Of a DNA stretch of 64,000 nucleotides, positions 1-11,915 are shown piece after piece. Source of the stretch: Octopus bimaculoides (lineage: Eukaryota); contig NC_069004.1 in the NCBI RefSeq assembly GCF_001194135.2, positions 27,915,347-27,979,346 of the forward strand, given 5' to 3'. The translations under genes and the position numbers were made by a program. The notes beneath the pieces are model-generated. The model saw only the letters and a list, made by a program, of their open reading frames with translations. It made no database searches and was not told the DNA's origin. Position 1 is the stretch's first letter, and each line of letters opens with the position of its first letter.

Positions 1-610
1 GGCATGACTGTGGGTAAGACGCTTGCTTCTTAACCATGTGGTCTTGGTTTCAATCCTTCTGTGCAAGCGTCTGCTACTATAGCTGCATTTCGACCAAAGC
101 ATTGTGAGAGAATTTGATAAGCAGAAACTGAAAGGCGGTGAGCTGGCAGAAACGTTAGCATGCCGGGCAAAATGCTTAGCGGTATTTCGTCTGCCGTTAC
201 GTTCTGAGTTCAAATTCTGCCAAGGTCGAGTTTGCCTTTCATCCTTTCAGGGTCGATAAATTAAGTACCAGTTATGCACTGGGGTCGATGCAATCGATTT
301 TATCCCTTTGTCTGTCCTTGTTTGTCCCCTCTATGTTTGGCCCCTTGTGGGGCAATAAAGAAATAAGAAAGTGAAAGAAGCCTACCATATAGGTGTCGTT
401 GTGCTGTGTTTCCCTCATCACCGCCACTTGACAGTTGGTGTTAGATTGTTTACAACCCTTGTAATTTAGCAGTTCAATAAATGAGATAGAATAAATACCA
501 GACTTCAAAAAAAAAAAAAATCTACAGGTCAATTTGTTTGCCTGGGCCCTTCAATGCAGTGCTTCAATATCGCTGTAGTTCAATGACTTCAACAAGGTGA
601 AGATAAAAAT
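1..610 (+). mobile_element. SINE family A (tRNA-derived head, TA/TG microsatellite linker, 'gaaacaagtaaaaga' tail); old diverged copy split by a family B SINE
   Basis: Head 'ggcatgactgtgggtaag..cttgc..aaccatgtgg' and tail blocks align by eye to the cleaner copies at 24284, 37177 and 52304. Confidence 0.7.
134..366 (+). mobile_element. SINE family B subfamily (tail 'cccttgtgggcaataaagaaataa') inserted in a family A SINE
   Basis: A-box-like 'tggcagaaacgttag', B-box-like 'gagttcaaattc'; flanked by gaaactgaaa (124-133) / gaaagtgaaa (367-376); near-identical to 19258-19490. Confidence 0.8.
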
Positions 611-1630
611 AAATAAACAAAACGTTTGGACTGAAAACCAGGTGAGGGGGTCAGTTATGAGATGTCACAACTCCACTTCTCCTCACGGCATATGAACTTA
701 CCTTTAATCATGAATTTAAAGTTTGTTTAGTTTGGTTCATAGTCTCAAAGGTGTTGACATCTAGACTAAAGGATTTACACTGTCTAATTTGCTAATTCAT
801 GGTTCTGTGTTCAAATCCCATTAGAGTGAACTTTGTTTTATCTCAGTAAAGTTGATAAATTAAGTATGAATAATAATAATAATAATAATATACTCGAGTT
901 GGCTTCATCGACAACATACCATTTCCCATTTACACTCAGGTCTATACATCATCAACAATACCTTCTCTCGTTTCTCTATGATTTATATATATATATACTT
1001 CAAAAAGAAATCAATATTTGGTGGTTAGCCAGTATTCAAAAGGTGAACATCTTTAAAACAAATGTTATATACTTCATAATAATTATAATTACACCTCATT
1101 AAAAACAGATACTGTAATTTGAAATGAAAGAGAGATAAATTATCATCAAGCATCTCCTTAATAACGTTATGAAGTGTGGAGATGTTACAGATGTTCCATA
1201 GAATTGTCATTGGTAGCCGTGATAACGAATCATTGGTGAGTGGGTTGATGATGTAACCGATAACATTACATACGTGACACCCTACTGTATGTGTTCACTA
1301 TACTGTATTCTCTTCTGAGCTATTTTCTTTCATCCACATTGTTGACACCTATGTGTGTGTATGTATATATATGTGTGTGTCTGTGTACATATACAAATTC
1401 ATATGTCTATATGTGTGTAAAAAGTACCCATACTGGTGTCTTGTACACAGCACCTGTGCTGGTGCCACTTAAAAACCACCCGGTACACTCAGTAAAGTGG
1501 TTGGTGTTAGAAAGGGCCTCCAACTGTAGAAGCCATACCAAAACAAACAAGTGGAGTCTGGTAGAGCTCTCTGGTTTACCAGCTCCTGCCAAACCGTCCG
1601 ACTCATGCCAGCATGGAAAACGGACGTTAA

Positions 1631-2080
1631 CCCTTTAGCATTCACATTATTCTTTTCTGCTCTAGGCACAAGGCCTGAAACTTTTGGGGAGTAGGAGGCA
1701 GTTGATTAGATCCACCTCAGTATGTAACTGGTACTTAATTTTGACCCTGAAAGAATGAAAGGCAAAGTCGACCACAGCAGAATTTGAACTCAGAACGTAA
1801 AGACAGACAAAATACCACTAAGCATTTCACCCAGCATGCTAACGTTTCTGCCAGCTCCCCCCCCCCTGCATTCATATTATTCTGTCAAAAGTAAGGCCTA
1901 TTTATTCTCCTTGTTTTGAATTAATCATGTATTATCTTGTAGCTTTGAGATTTTGATAAGGTAGCTGTTAATTTTTAGAACGATACTGTAGCGTTGGTGT
2001 GAGAGGCCACATCTGGTCAGTTTGAGAATAAAACAGGTAGAATGTTCTAGCTGGATATGGCCAGTTTAAATGCTAAAGGG
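1631..2080. mobile_element. piggyBac-like MITE
   Basis: TTAA TSD (1627-1630, 2081-2084); TIR ccctttagcatt / aatgctaaaggg. Confidence 0.8.
1654..1860 (-). mobile_element. SINE family B-type copy nested in the MITE
   Basis: 16-bp TSD gcattcacattattct (1638-1653) / gcattcatattattct (1868-1883); reverse complement of the B head and central block. Confidence 0.75.
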
Positions 2081-2117
2081 TTAAATGATGATGATGATAT
2101 ATATATATATATATATA

Positions 2118-2330
2118 TTTCATCGTCATCATCAATTAATGTCCGTTTTCCATGCTGGCATGGGTTGGACAGTTTGACAGGAGCTAGCCGACTGAAGAGC
2201 TGCCCGCACTCCGTGTCTGTTTTGGCATGTTTCTATGGTTGTATGCCTTTCCTAACACCAACCACATTACAGAGTGTACTGGGTGTTTTTATGTAGCACC
2301 AGCATGGGTGCATTATGCGGCACCTATGAG
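2118..2330 (-). mobile_element. SINE family C
   Basis: 'catcatc..aatgtccgttttccatgctggcatgggttggac' tail plus 'atgcctttcctaacacaaccac' block. Confidence 0.65.
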
Positions 2331-3190
2331 CCTGGAAGATTAGGAATACTCAGCTGGTGAGGAATGCAAGGAACAAGCTTGTATGCAAGGACAATCACAC
2401 TTTTATTTAGCCTGACATGTCTTTTCAACCACAACATTGTCATGTTAATATTCATATTCTTCTCTCTTCTTCTTCTCCTTTATCTATCTTTATTGATTTT
2501 ACTTACTTACTCCTACTTACAAAGTAGGAGTGGTGGGTATTTTTGGAAAAAAAAATTTTTTTTCCCTCTTGACCAAGGATGACTATCACTGACCATTAAG
2601 AACATTGTGTTCAAAGACAAAATTATTCTTGACACTTGTGGCTCTAATGGTCACTTCTTATGAGTCCAGCTCTTGACAAACATACACGTCTGCAGATACT
2701 GCAGATCAAGTTTCCCCCATTCAGTACATTGGCGGTGTTTTTGAGCAGCTCACTTAAATGCATCAAATAGCATTTATCTTGTTTCTTGAAATAAATTTTT
2801 CAAAATGATGGTGTCTATTTACTTTTGAAATGCCTATGTATATGTGTTCACTTGGGGACTTATTTTAAGTTTTTACTGTTGCAGAATTTGAGCAGGTCAC
2901 TAACATAGTGAGAAAGCTTTTTTCTCTTTTTTTTTTTTAAAGTGAAGACAGCTCTGTGGGGTTGTGGTTATCTGAAATAGTTGATAGAAGTGTGTTTGTG
3001 TGTGTGTGTGTGTGGATAAGCTTGCACTTGTAGATATGCTTGTCATGGTACAACATAAGTCTGTGTGTTTCATTACTGTGTATCTGTATATGTAATTCCA
3101 TGTATGTGGTTGCATGCATATGTTCACCCAGGAACTCTCAAATAGAGAATCAATCCCTGGAATGTTTTACAAATTGTATGGATGTATACA

Positions 3191-3253
<63 letters not shown>

Positions 3254-3690
3254 NNNNNNNNNNNNNNNNNNNNNNNNNNNNNNNNNNNNNNNNNNNNNNN
3301 NNNNNNNNNNNNNNNNNNNNNNNNNNNNNNNNNNNNNNNNNNNNNNNNNNNNNNNNNNNNNNNNNNNNNNNNNNNNNNNNNNNNNNNNNNNNNNNNNNNN
3401 NNNNNNNNNNNNNNNNNNNNNNNNNNNNNNNNNNNNNNNNNNNNNNNNNNNNNNNNNNNNNNNNNNNNNNNNNNNNNNNNNNNNNNNNNNNNNNNNNNNN
3501 NNNNNNNNNNNNNNNNNNNNNNNNNNNNNNNNNNNNNNNNNNNNNNNNNNNNNNNNNNNNNNNNNNNNNNNNNNNNNNNNNNNNNNNNNNNNNNNNNNNN
3601 NNNNNNNNNNNNNNNNNNNNNNNNNNNNNNNNNNNNNNNNNNNNNNNNNNNNNNNNNNNNNNNNNNNNNNNNNNNNNNNNNNNNNNNNNN

Positions 3691-4056
3691 AACCACATGG
3701 TTCCGGGTTCAGTCCCACTGTGTGGCACCTTGGGCAAGTGTCTTCTACTATAGCCTCGGGCCGACCAAAGCCTTGTGAGTGGATTTGGTAGACGGAAACT
3801 GAAAGAAGCCCGTCGTATATATGTATATATATATGTGTGTGTGTGTGTTTGTGTGTCTGTGTTTGTCCTCCTAGCATTGCTTGACAACCGATGCTGGTGT
3901 GTTTACGTCCCCGTAACTTAGCGGTTTGGTAAAAAGGAACCGATAGAATAAGTACTAGGCTTACAAACAAAGAATAAGTCCCGGGGTCGATTTGCTCGAC
4001 TAAAGGCGGTGCTCCAGCATGGCCGCAGTCAAATGACTGAAATAAGTAAAAGAGTA
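3691..4056 (+). mobile_element. SINE family A (5' end in gap)
   Basis: B-box-like ggttcagtccc, linker microsatellite and intact tail; high similarity to 37177-37577. Confidence 0.85.
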
Positions 4057-4173
4057 TATTCAATATCATAATAAAATAAGCACCAGTTGAACTCAGCCCC
4101 CAAAACTGCTGGCCTTGTGTCAAAATTTGAAATCAATATTTTCAATGAATCCATAATATGTATGGATGATTGT

Positions 4174-4533
4174 GTGGAGGCGCAATGGCCCAGTGGTTAG
4201 GGCAGCGGACTTGCGGTCATAGGATCGCGGTTTTGATTCCCAGATCGGGCGTTGTGAGTGTTTATTGAGTGAAAACACCTAAAGCTCCACGAGGCGAACC
4301 CTGCTGTACTCTTTCACCACAACTTCCTCTCACTCTTTCTTCCTGTTTCTGTTGTGCCTGTAATTCAAAGGGTCAGCCTTGTCACGCTGAATATCCCCGA
4401 GAACTACGTTAAGGGTACACGTGTCTGAGGAGTGCTCAGCCACTTGCACGTTAATTTCACGAGCAGGCTGTTCCGTTAATCGGATCAACTGGAACCCTCG
4501 ACGTCGTAAGCGACGGAATGCCAACAACAACAA
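4174..4533 (+). mobile_element. SINE family E (young, CpG-rich, (CAA)n tail)
   Basis: tRNA-like head tggcccagtggttag..gattccc; 12-bp TSD atggatgattgt (4162-4173, 4534-4545); second copy at 47640. Confidence 0.85.
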
Positions 4534-4776
4534 ATGGATGATTGTCACCACATATAATTTCTTATAGGATAGACAACATTGAATAAACTGTTGCCTTGTA
4601 ATGTGTGTGTGTGTACAAAGGAGTGCTGAAAATTTCCAGGCTTTGGGTAAAAGAAAATACAAGAGGATCAGTTAATTATGATTTTATTCAACATTTTCCC
4701 CTTTTGGATTCACACACTTATTCCAGCAGTCCTTCAGTTTTTCTAAGCTCTATAAAGCTAAGTTCTGGGGTGTAAA

Positions 4777-4975
4777 ATGGCAAACTGGCAGAATCGTTAG
4801 CATGTTGGACAAAATGCTTAATGACATTTCCCCTGGCTCTTTACATCCTGAGTTCAAGTCTCTTCAAAGTCAATTTCGAATTTCATCTCTTTGGTTTCAA
4901 TAAAATGAAATACCAGTCAAGTACTGGGGGTCAATATAATTGACTTGTCCCCTCCCCTCGGAATTCCAACCCTTC
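4777..4975 (+). mobile_element. SINE family B, diverged
   Basis: 'ctggcagaatcgttagcatgttggacaaaatgctta..gagttcaa..aataaaatgaaataccag'. Confidence 0.6.
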
Positions 4976-5524
4976 AGCCCTGCAACAGACTGACATCTCA
5001 TTCAGGGGGAAATGTTGTGATCTATCCCAGGCACTTGTATTCCATGGAGACTGGATAACTGATGTTATGAGTCCCAAGACTCAAGAAAGATAGAACTAAA
5101 ATAGTTCTGGGATTAATTTAAGCAATTCGCTAAAATATGTTGTCTCAAACTTGCATCATTGTCGTTGTTATCACCACTATCGTCATCATCATCATTATTA
5201 TTATCAATTTGTTTATATCCAGCAACAACTGCACTATTATAGAACAGATTGATTTAAAAGTACATCTGTCTCAAGATTGTCTGGTTAAGAAAGTAGAACA
5301 GCTTGGAATGAGTGAGCTAAAGCTGGCTTTATAAAATTGTGATCAACAGATGAGTTGTGTGGGCAAGAGATATTACCAGATGAGTTGATACAATATAGAA
5401 GATATTTGGATTAGAGATAATCTCATATGCAATTTGTGATGGGTGTTGAAAACAAAAAAAACATAGTTGCTGATGGCAACACTATAGTGATAAAAGTGGT
5501 GCTTCATCGGCTTGTTGTTTATTA

Positions 5525-5830
5525 ATAAAGTGACACTCCGTCAGTTACCATGACGAGGGTTCCAATGGAACAGCCTGCTCATGAAATTTACATGCAAGTG
5601 GCTGAGCACTCCACAGACATCCATACCCTTAATATAGTTCTCTAGGAGATTCAGTGAGACACAGAATGTGACAAAGCTGGCCCTCTGAAATACAGGTACT
5701 ACTCATCTTTGTGAGTTGAGTGGACAGGGGCATCATGAAATAATGTGTCTTGCTGAAAGACACAAGTCACAGGGAACTGAACTCATGACCTTAGAATTGT
5801 GAGCCGTATACCCAAACCTCTAAGCCACTC
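5525..5830 (-). mobile_element. Older SINE sharing the family E 3' block with a family D-type head
   Basis: 'cactccgtcagttaccatgacgagggttcc..acagcctgctcatgaaat' is the reverse complement of the family E 3' part; 'tgtgtcttgctgaaagacacaa' matches family D. Confidence 0.6.
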
Positions 5831-7829
5831 ACCTCCACTGTTTATTAATAGAAACAGTTCAAAGGTGATGCAAACTATTTGTTAGATTATATAGGTTAGT
5901 CCACATCGCTCCATAAGGAACGAGGGCTGGTTTCCCGTTTCTCTGGTGTATATATATTTCTTGCTAATGGGACACTGGTCTGTCACAGGATTACTCATTT
6001 TTACTAGGTGAGTGGATTGGAGCAGCTTCAAATGAAGTGCTTTTGCTCAAGTAGATAAAGCATTACCTGGTCCAGGAATTGAAACCACAGTCTTATTATT
6101 CACTAAGCTATGCACCTCCACATTGATTTATATAAGAAATCAAAAAATATCACCTGTTGATCATAGTCACTTGGTCAAAGTTTTTTACCGTTGACTTGGG
6201 TTGACCAAGGCTTTATGAGTAGAATTTTGTTGCTGGAAACTATGTAGAAGCCTTGTACTGTAACCTCTCAATCCACAGCTTTAGCCAACTTCCCCTTCCT
6301 TGGGGTTTGTAGTCTTGTGAACAGCATGGTGACCCTACCAGTGCTTGTGACATGTAAAAAGCATCCACTACACATTGTAAAGTGGTTAGCATTAAGATAG
6401 GCATCCAGCTGTAGAAATGGCGCCAAAGCAGACGTTGGAACCATGATGTGGTCCTCGGCCTCTTTGGATCATGTCAACCTGTCCAACCCATGCCACTATG
6501 GAACATGGACATTAAACGATGATATGCGTGTGTGTATTTAAATAGGTGCTTTGAAATAAAAATCCCTTGTGATGTGTGTTCTGTCTAAATTACATAGACG
6601 CTGCTCTGTTGCAGTCTTTATCATAAATGCAGTAAAACTTGTCCATAAAATGCGATAAAAAAAAATAAAGAACTAAAAGGCTTTTATTGCTTATTTGTTT
6701 CCAATGTAACTACATCTATTTTACTTCAAACTGAACAGTCTTATTTCATACAAACAAGAAGTATTAAGAGTTTAGATTGGAACTCTTTGCTTGCTGTCTC
6801 TGTCCCCTATCCCTCATCCCTCTCTCTCTTCTCTCTTCTCCACGCTCTCTTCAATAATACTAAGGAGATGCGGGGTGTTATTTTTGTCCCTTTGCTGTAC
6901 TGCATCATTTAAATTAGTGTTATAAAATCTGAGAAGCTGTGTGACAGGGTAGCAATTTGTGGAGTCTGAACTGTCTAGTTTTATTGGATATAGTTGTGCA
7001 GAGCGAAATCATGGTGTGTGAATGGGGAAAAGAGAGAGAAGCCGGAATAAGTTTCAGTAAGAAGTGATAGGAAGGAAGTTGGAAAGTGTAAGATTTTTCA
7101 GACTATTCTAAGTAGCAATGCCTGGGTCATTTGTTTTCAGAGTGTCTACTTACGGTAAAATATCTTCTGCTGCTTCTAGTTTGTTGGATGGACGGACATA
7201 GTTTGGGAGTGGCGGGTGAGGTGTATTATTGCAACAACAATCATGTATGATGGACTTATTTTCTATTTCTATCAATTTATCTTAGCATATACATATTGTA
7301 AGTTACAGAGCCATTTGAGTCTAGTCCAATATGATTTATCCAATATAAGGATGATATGGAAATCTTACATGCAAGCTGTGTAAGAGCGTATGGTGGTGTG
7401 AGAGGCAAAAGGCAGGGGTGTTATAAAACTTATTTTTCATCTTCTATATCTGAAATGCAAGATGGTTGCTGCTGCCCTAAACCATTATTTGAACAAACTA
7501 AAAATGCGTGTCATTGAGCAGAAATATCTAGGTTTTCATTAGAGTGACAATGCATCTGTTAATGTGCACAGAAGCAGCTTAGAGTTGTATGGGTTCAATT
7601 CAAGGTGAACGACATATGCAATTTTTTTAGGTTTTTTTTTCTTCTTTCTTTTTTCCTTTGTTCATATTTTTCTGTTTCTTCCATTAGTCTTCTTAGCTGC
7701 ATTTTCAGTGTTTCTAATAACATAATTTCTACCATCTTCACAGATGGTAGAAATGTTGTTGTTGCTATTTAGCCCCGAGCCAGCCCCGTGATCAAAGACA
7801 GTGCTTTCAAATTTGGCTCAAGGCTGGCA

Positions 7830-8012
7830 ATTTCTGGGGTGAGGTGGGGTGGGAGTACTAGTCGATTACATCAACCCCTAATACTCAACTTGTACTTATT
7901 TTGTCAACCCTGAAAGGATGAAAGGTAAAGTCGACATCAGTGGAGTTTTAACTCAGACCGTAAAGGCAGATGAAACGCTGCTAAGCTTTTTACTCAGTCT
8001 GCTCACAATTCT
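7830..8012 (-). mobile_element. SINE family B, diverged
   Basis: 'gtacttattttgtcaaccctgaaaggatgaaaggtaaagtcgac..aactcagaccgtaaag'. Confidence 0.6.
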
Positions 8013-8229
8013 GGTGAAGTAGATGATTCTGGTACTAATGTAAGAATGTCTGATCTACTGATGCATGTAAAAGATGTCAGCTGTATAAAGATGTGCTGAG
8101 TGCTTCATGTGAATGGAACCTGTAGAATAGGGTACCCTGAAGATATGGGGTGAATGCATGGAGAGTTACGTGTAATAGAAGAATTCCACAAAGATGACAA
8201 TAACTGTAATGTTTAATGACATATAGTGC

Positions 8230-8345
8230 TACCAAATCAGGTTGGAGCCTGGTGTAGCCATCTGGTTTCACCAGTCCTCAGTCAAATCATCCAACCCTTG
8301 CTAGCATGGAAAGCGGACGTTAAACGATGATGATAATGATGATGA
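8230..8345 (+). mobile_element. SINE family C, 3' portion
   Basis: 'ggagcctggtgtagccatctggtttcaccagtcctcagtcaaatcatccaacccttgctagcatggaaagcggacgttaaacgatgatg'. Confidence 0.7.
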
Positions 8346-8694
8346 TGCTAGAGAAGATTTACCCACTGGTGCAAACATAGGGAGATTTTGATATGTAGAC
8401 AGGAGGACATCTACCCAGGAGTTTGATAGAAGGGAAATATTTTAAACTTGTCTTCTGTGCTCTGGTAATTTTTAAGTCTTGACTTAATAGGGTATTTTGT
8501 AATGTTGCAAGGCAAAGTCAGAAATAATACCAAGGAAAATATTTTTATAGCCACAAATACAGCTGTGGAGCGATTAAGAATATCACTTTGCAACCATGAG
8601 GTTTGGGGTTGCCCCAGGGCAACCAATACCTTGTGAGTGAATTTGGTAAACAGAAACTATATGGAAGCCTCTTGTTTGTGCATATAAAAAAGAC

Positions 8695-9030
8695 CTCCTT
8701 TGGTCATGAATAACCGTGGGATTGCACCTAAAAAGTTCCTCTCTGAGGCACAAGTGCAGGCAAGATGGTTTATGGAAGATCAGCAGTCACCCATGCATAC
8801 CAGCCCTCCCTCTCCATTCTACTGATGTTGTCCAAGGGAAAGGCAAAGGGGCCGATACAGCTTGACACCAGTGACGTTGCAACTCTCTTCTACAGCTGAG
8901 TGAACTGGAGCAGCGTGAAATAAAGTGTCTTGCTCAAGAACACAACACACAGCCCAGTCTGGGAATTGAACTCACTGCCTCATGATTGTGAGCCTGACGC
9001 TCTAACCACTGAGGTATGCACCTTCACATG
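8695..9030 (-). mobile_element. SINE family D, lying between the head (about 8550) and tail (about 9040-9240) of an old family A copy
   Basis: 'gagtgaactggagcagcgtgaaataaagtgtcttgctcaagaacacaac..gggaattgaactcac'. Confidence 0.6.
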
Positions 9031-9699
9031 CTTGTGTGTGTGTGTGTGTTCCTCACTCCTAGGCCTTGACAGCCTCAGTTGGTTTTAGTTTACATCCTTG
9101 TAACCCAACGGTTCAGCAAAAGAGACTGACATAAAAAGTACCAAAAAGTACTGCTGTCGATTTGTACAACTGAACCCTTCATGGTAGTGCTCCAGCATGA
9201 CTACAACAGTCCCATGACTGAAACAGCCAAAGAATAATACATAAAAAGATTTTTTTTTTTAAATATCCTAACAAAATCAATGGTTGTAAATTACTGTATA
9301 TTTCTTTTTTTATTATTATCATTCGCAGAAATGTGTTCATTGCAGCATTGAAATATGTTTACATGTATTAAATTAAAATACTGTACAAAACTTGAAGTGT
9401 TGTACTTGATAACAATTCTCAGTTCATAATATCTGTGATAACAATTCTCAGTACATATATCTCAGTTCATGTATATCTGTATGCGTTTGTGTGTGAATCT
9501 ACTTTTTCTCTTTTACAAAATATTTGTTGCAGGCATCCAAACCGAACGTACAGTTCTAGTATACCTACTGCTTTTCGTCTACGAATAGGCCCCACTAATA
9601 TCAGAGGTTCTGAAAAACTAAAATCTTGGGTGCTGCCCTTTCCTCGTTCGATAGTAGTAGGGGGTTGGGATTTTAAAAAGCTAGCATTATTTTATATTC

Positions 9700-9903
9700 T
9701 TTCATTATTTTACTTGTTTCAATCATTTGACTGTGGCCATGCTGGAGCACTGCCTCCAGTCAAGCAAATCGACCTCAGGATTTATTCTTTGTAAGCGTTG
9801 TGCTTATTCTATCGGTCTCTTTTGCCGAACCGCTAAGTTACGGGTACGTAAACACACCACCGTCGGTTGTCAAGTGATGATGGCAGGACAAACACACAAA
9901 CAT

Positions 9904-9977
<74 letters not shown>

Positions 9978-10228
9978 TACGACGGGCTTCTTTCAGTTTC
10001 CATCTGCCAAATCCACTCACAAGGCTTTNNNNNNNNNNNNNNNNNNNNNNNNNNNNNNNNNNNNNNNNNNNNNNNNNNNNNNNNNNNNNNNNNNNNNNNN
10101 NNNNNNNNNNNNNNNNNNNNNNNNNNNNNNNNNNNNNNNNNNNNNNNNNNNNNNNNNNNNNNNNNNNNNNNNNNNNNNNNNNNNNNNNNNNNNNNNNNNN
10201 NNNNNNNNNNNNNCACTCCTGTACCTAA
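9700..10228 (-). mobile_element. SINE family A spanning a gap
   Basis: Reverse-complement tail at 9700, linker (TA)n(GA)n, head end 'cactcctgtacct' right after the gap. Confidence 0.8.
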
Positions 10229-10289
10229 ATGACTATATTGCTTGACTTCTGCACAGATGGAACCTTTGTTTCCATATCAAGATAATTCT

Positions 10290-10755
10290 TTATCTTGTTT
10301 CAATCATTAGACTCACGACCATGCTGGGGCACCACCTTGAAGGGTCTAGTCAAGCAGATTGACCACAGAACTCAATTTTTAAATATTTTTTTTTTTAAGC
10401 CTGGTACTTTTTCTCTCAGTCTCTTTTGCTGAACTACTAAGTTACAGAGTGGTGGACAAACACAAAGACCTGCATGCATGCACACACACACACACACACA
10501 CACACACAATATGTATGTATTTATGTGTGTGTGAGGCTTTGTGTGCATTTGTCCCCTGCCATCACTTGACAACCAGTGTTGGTGTGTTTATGTCCCCATA
10601 ACTTAGCAGTACGGCAAAATAGACCAATAGAATAAGTACTAGGCTTAAAGGAAAAAAATAGGTCCTGGGGTTGATTTGCTCAACTAAAAACCCTTCAAAG
10701 CAGTGCTCCAGCATAGCCACCATTATATAACTGAAACAAATAAAAGAATAAGAGA
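10290..10755. repeat. Two headless family A tails in inverted orientation around (CA)n/(TG)n
   Basis: Minus tail about 10290-10480, plus tail about 10545-10755. Confidence 0.65.
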
Positions 10756-11229
10756 ATACATATATATACATACGTACACACACTCACAATAGGCATTAGT
10801 CTGCCTGGGGCCAGCTATGGTAGTCGGCTCTTGTCCATGGTACCATACAGTGGGACTGAACAAAATACTATGTGATTACAAAGCAGTTTTGTAATTTGGG
10901 TAAAGATTTGAAGCTTTATTTTACTTACCTGCTTTCATTTGTTGTACAGCTTAGATTTGTTTTTTTTTTTTGTTTGTTTCTTTAACCTGTTATTCTTTTA
11001 GTACAAGGGTTAAGAGGGATGAGACAGAGGTTTTTATGTTGTGTTTGGAGTGGATAGAGTCTGGTTGCAAGTCTAGCTGCTTCTACCCAATCTTCCTCTC
11101 ACATTTCTGGAAATGCCGGATGCTGGAGTTATTATAGTTTAGCCCTAGGTCAACCCCTGTACAAGCAGACCTCTAATCAAAGACATTCTAGTCATGACCA
11201 TTCCATTTTATTATTCATTTATGACTACA

Positions 11230-11915
11230 CCACATGTTCTCTTTTTCCAAATGAGAACATTTGAGGGAGTTTTAACTGTTATTTCTAGCAGGTCAAATGA
11301 TCACATAGTCTCCTTTATTGGTGTATAAATGGTTTTGGGGAGGGTTTACATGAGGAAGTGTGTGGGCACTGCTCACCTGGCAGTTGTCTCGTGTTCTCTT
11401 TTCCGAAACAGTTGGACATGAGTTGAGGGAATTTTGACTGTTATTTCTAGCAGGTCAAATGACCATATAGTCTCATTTATTGGAGTACAAATGGTTTTGG
11501 GAGGGTTTACATGAGAAAGTGTGTGGTCACTGCTCACCTGGTAGTTGTCTCATGTTCTCTTTTCCGAGACCGTTGGACATGAGTTGAGGGGATTTTGACT
11601 GTTATTTCTAGCAGGTCAAATGACCACATGCTCTTCCTCATTAGAGTATAGACGCAGGTGTGTATGTGTGTGAGATGAGTTATGTGAAGAAGAGTGTGGG
11701 AGTTGCTCATCACGCAGTTGTCGCATGTTCTCTTTTCCAAGGTGGTAGGGTATAATTTGAGGGGGAGGGCTTTGCTTTTTTTGCTGCTGTTTCTTGCAGG
11801 TCAGTGACCCCCACATAATCTCTCCCCCTCCCTATTGGAGGCGGTGGGGGTGGAGTGGGGTTCGATAGATGAGGACGAGTGTGAGTGCTACTCATCAGGC
11901 AGCCGTGCATATTGA
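11230..11915. repeat. Tandem array of four 161-185 bp units (SINE fragment plus flank)
   Basis: 'atttctagcaggtcaaatga' recurs at 11281, 11443, 11604; a diverged 'gtttcttgcaggtcagtga' at 11789. Confidence 0.85.

Larger units (their letters stand above)
1450..2100 (+). mobile_element. SINE family C (RTE-type 3' tail), split at its TTAA by a piggyBac-like MITE
   Basis: '...catgccagcatggaaaacggacgTTAA' stops at 1630 and resumes as 'TTAAatgatgatg' at 2081. Confidence 0.65.

Noticed and set aside
690-770. Strong minus-strand donor aag|gtaagt with upstream acceptors
   Set aside because: All frames contain stops; no evidence for a non-coding exon.
3040-4123. Long ORFs spanning N gaps (also 9833-10232, 16264-16548, 26374-26963, 43912-44943, 52338-52954)
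   Set aside because: Open only because N translates as X; flanks are microsatellite or SINE.
4174-4255. tRNA-like sequences at SINE heads
   Set aside because: Embedded in SINE bodies with TSDs and tails; no complete cloverleaf or acceptor stem.
6960-7400. Possible CR1-like LINE C-terminal relic on the minus strand ('RRYFTV..NK.P')
   Set aside because: Too decayed to support without a search.
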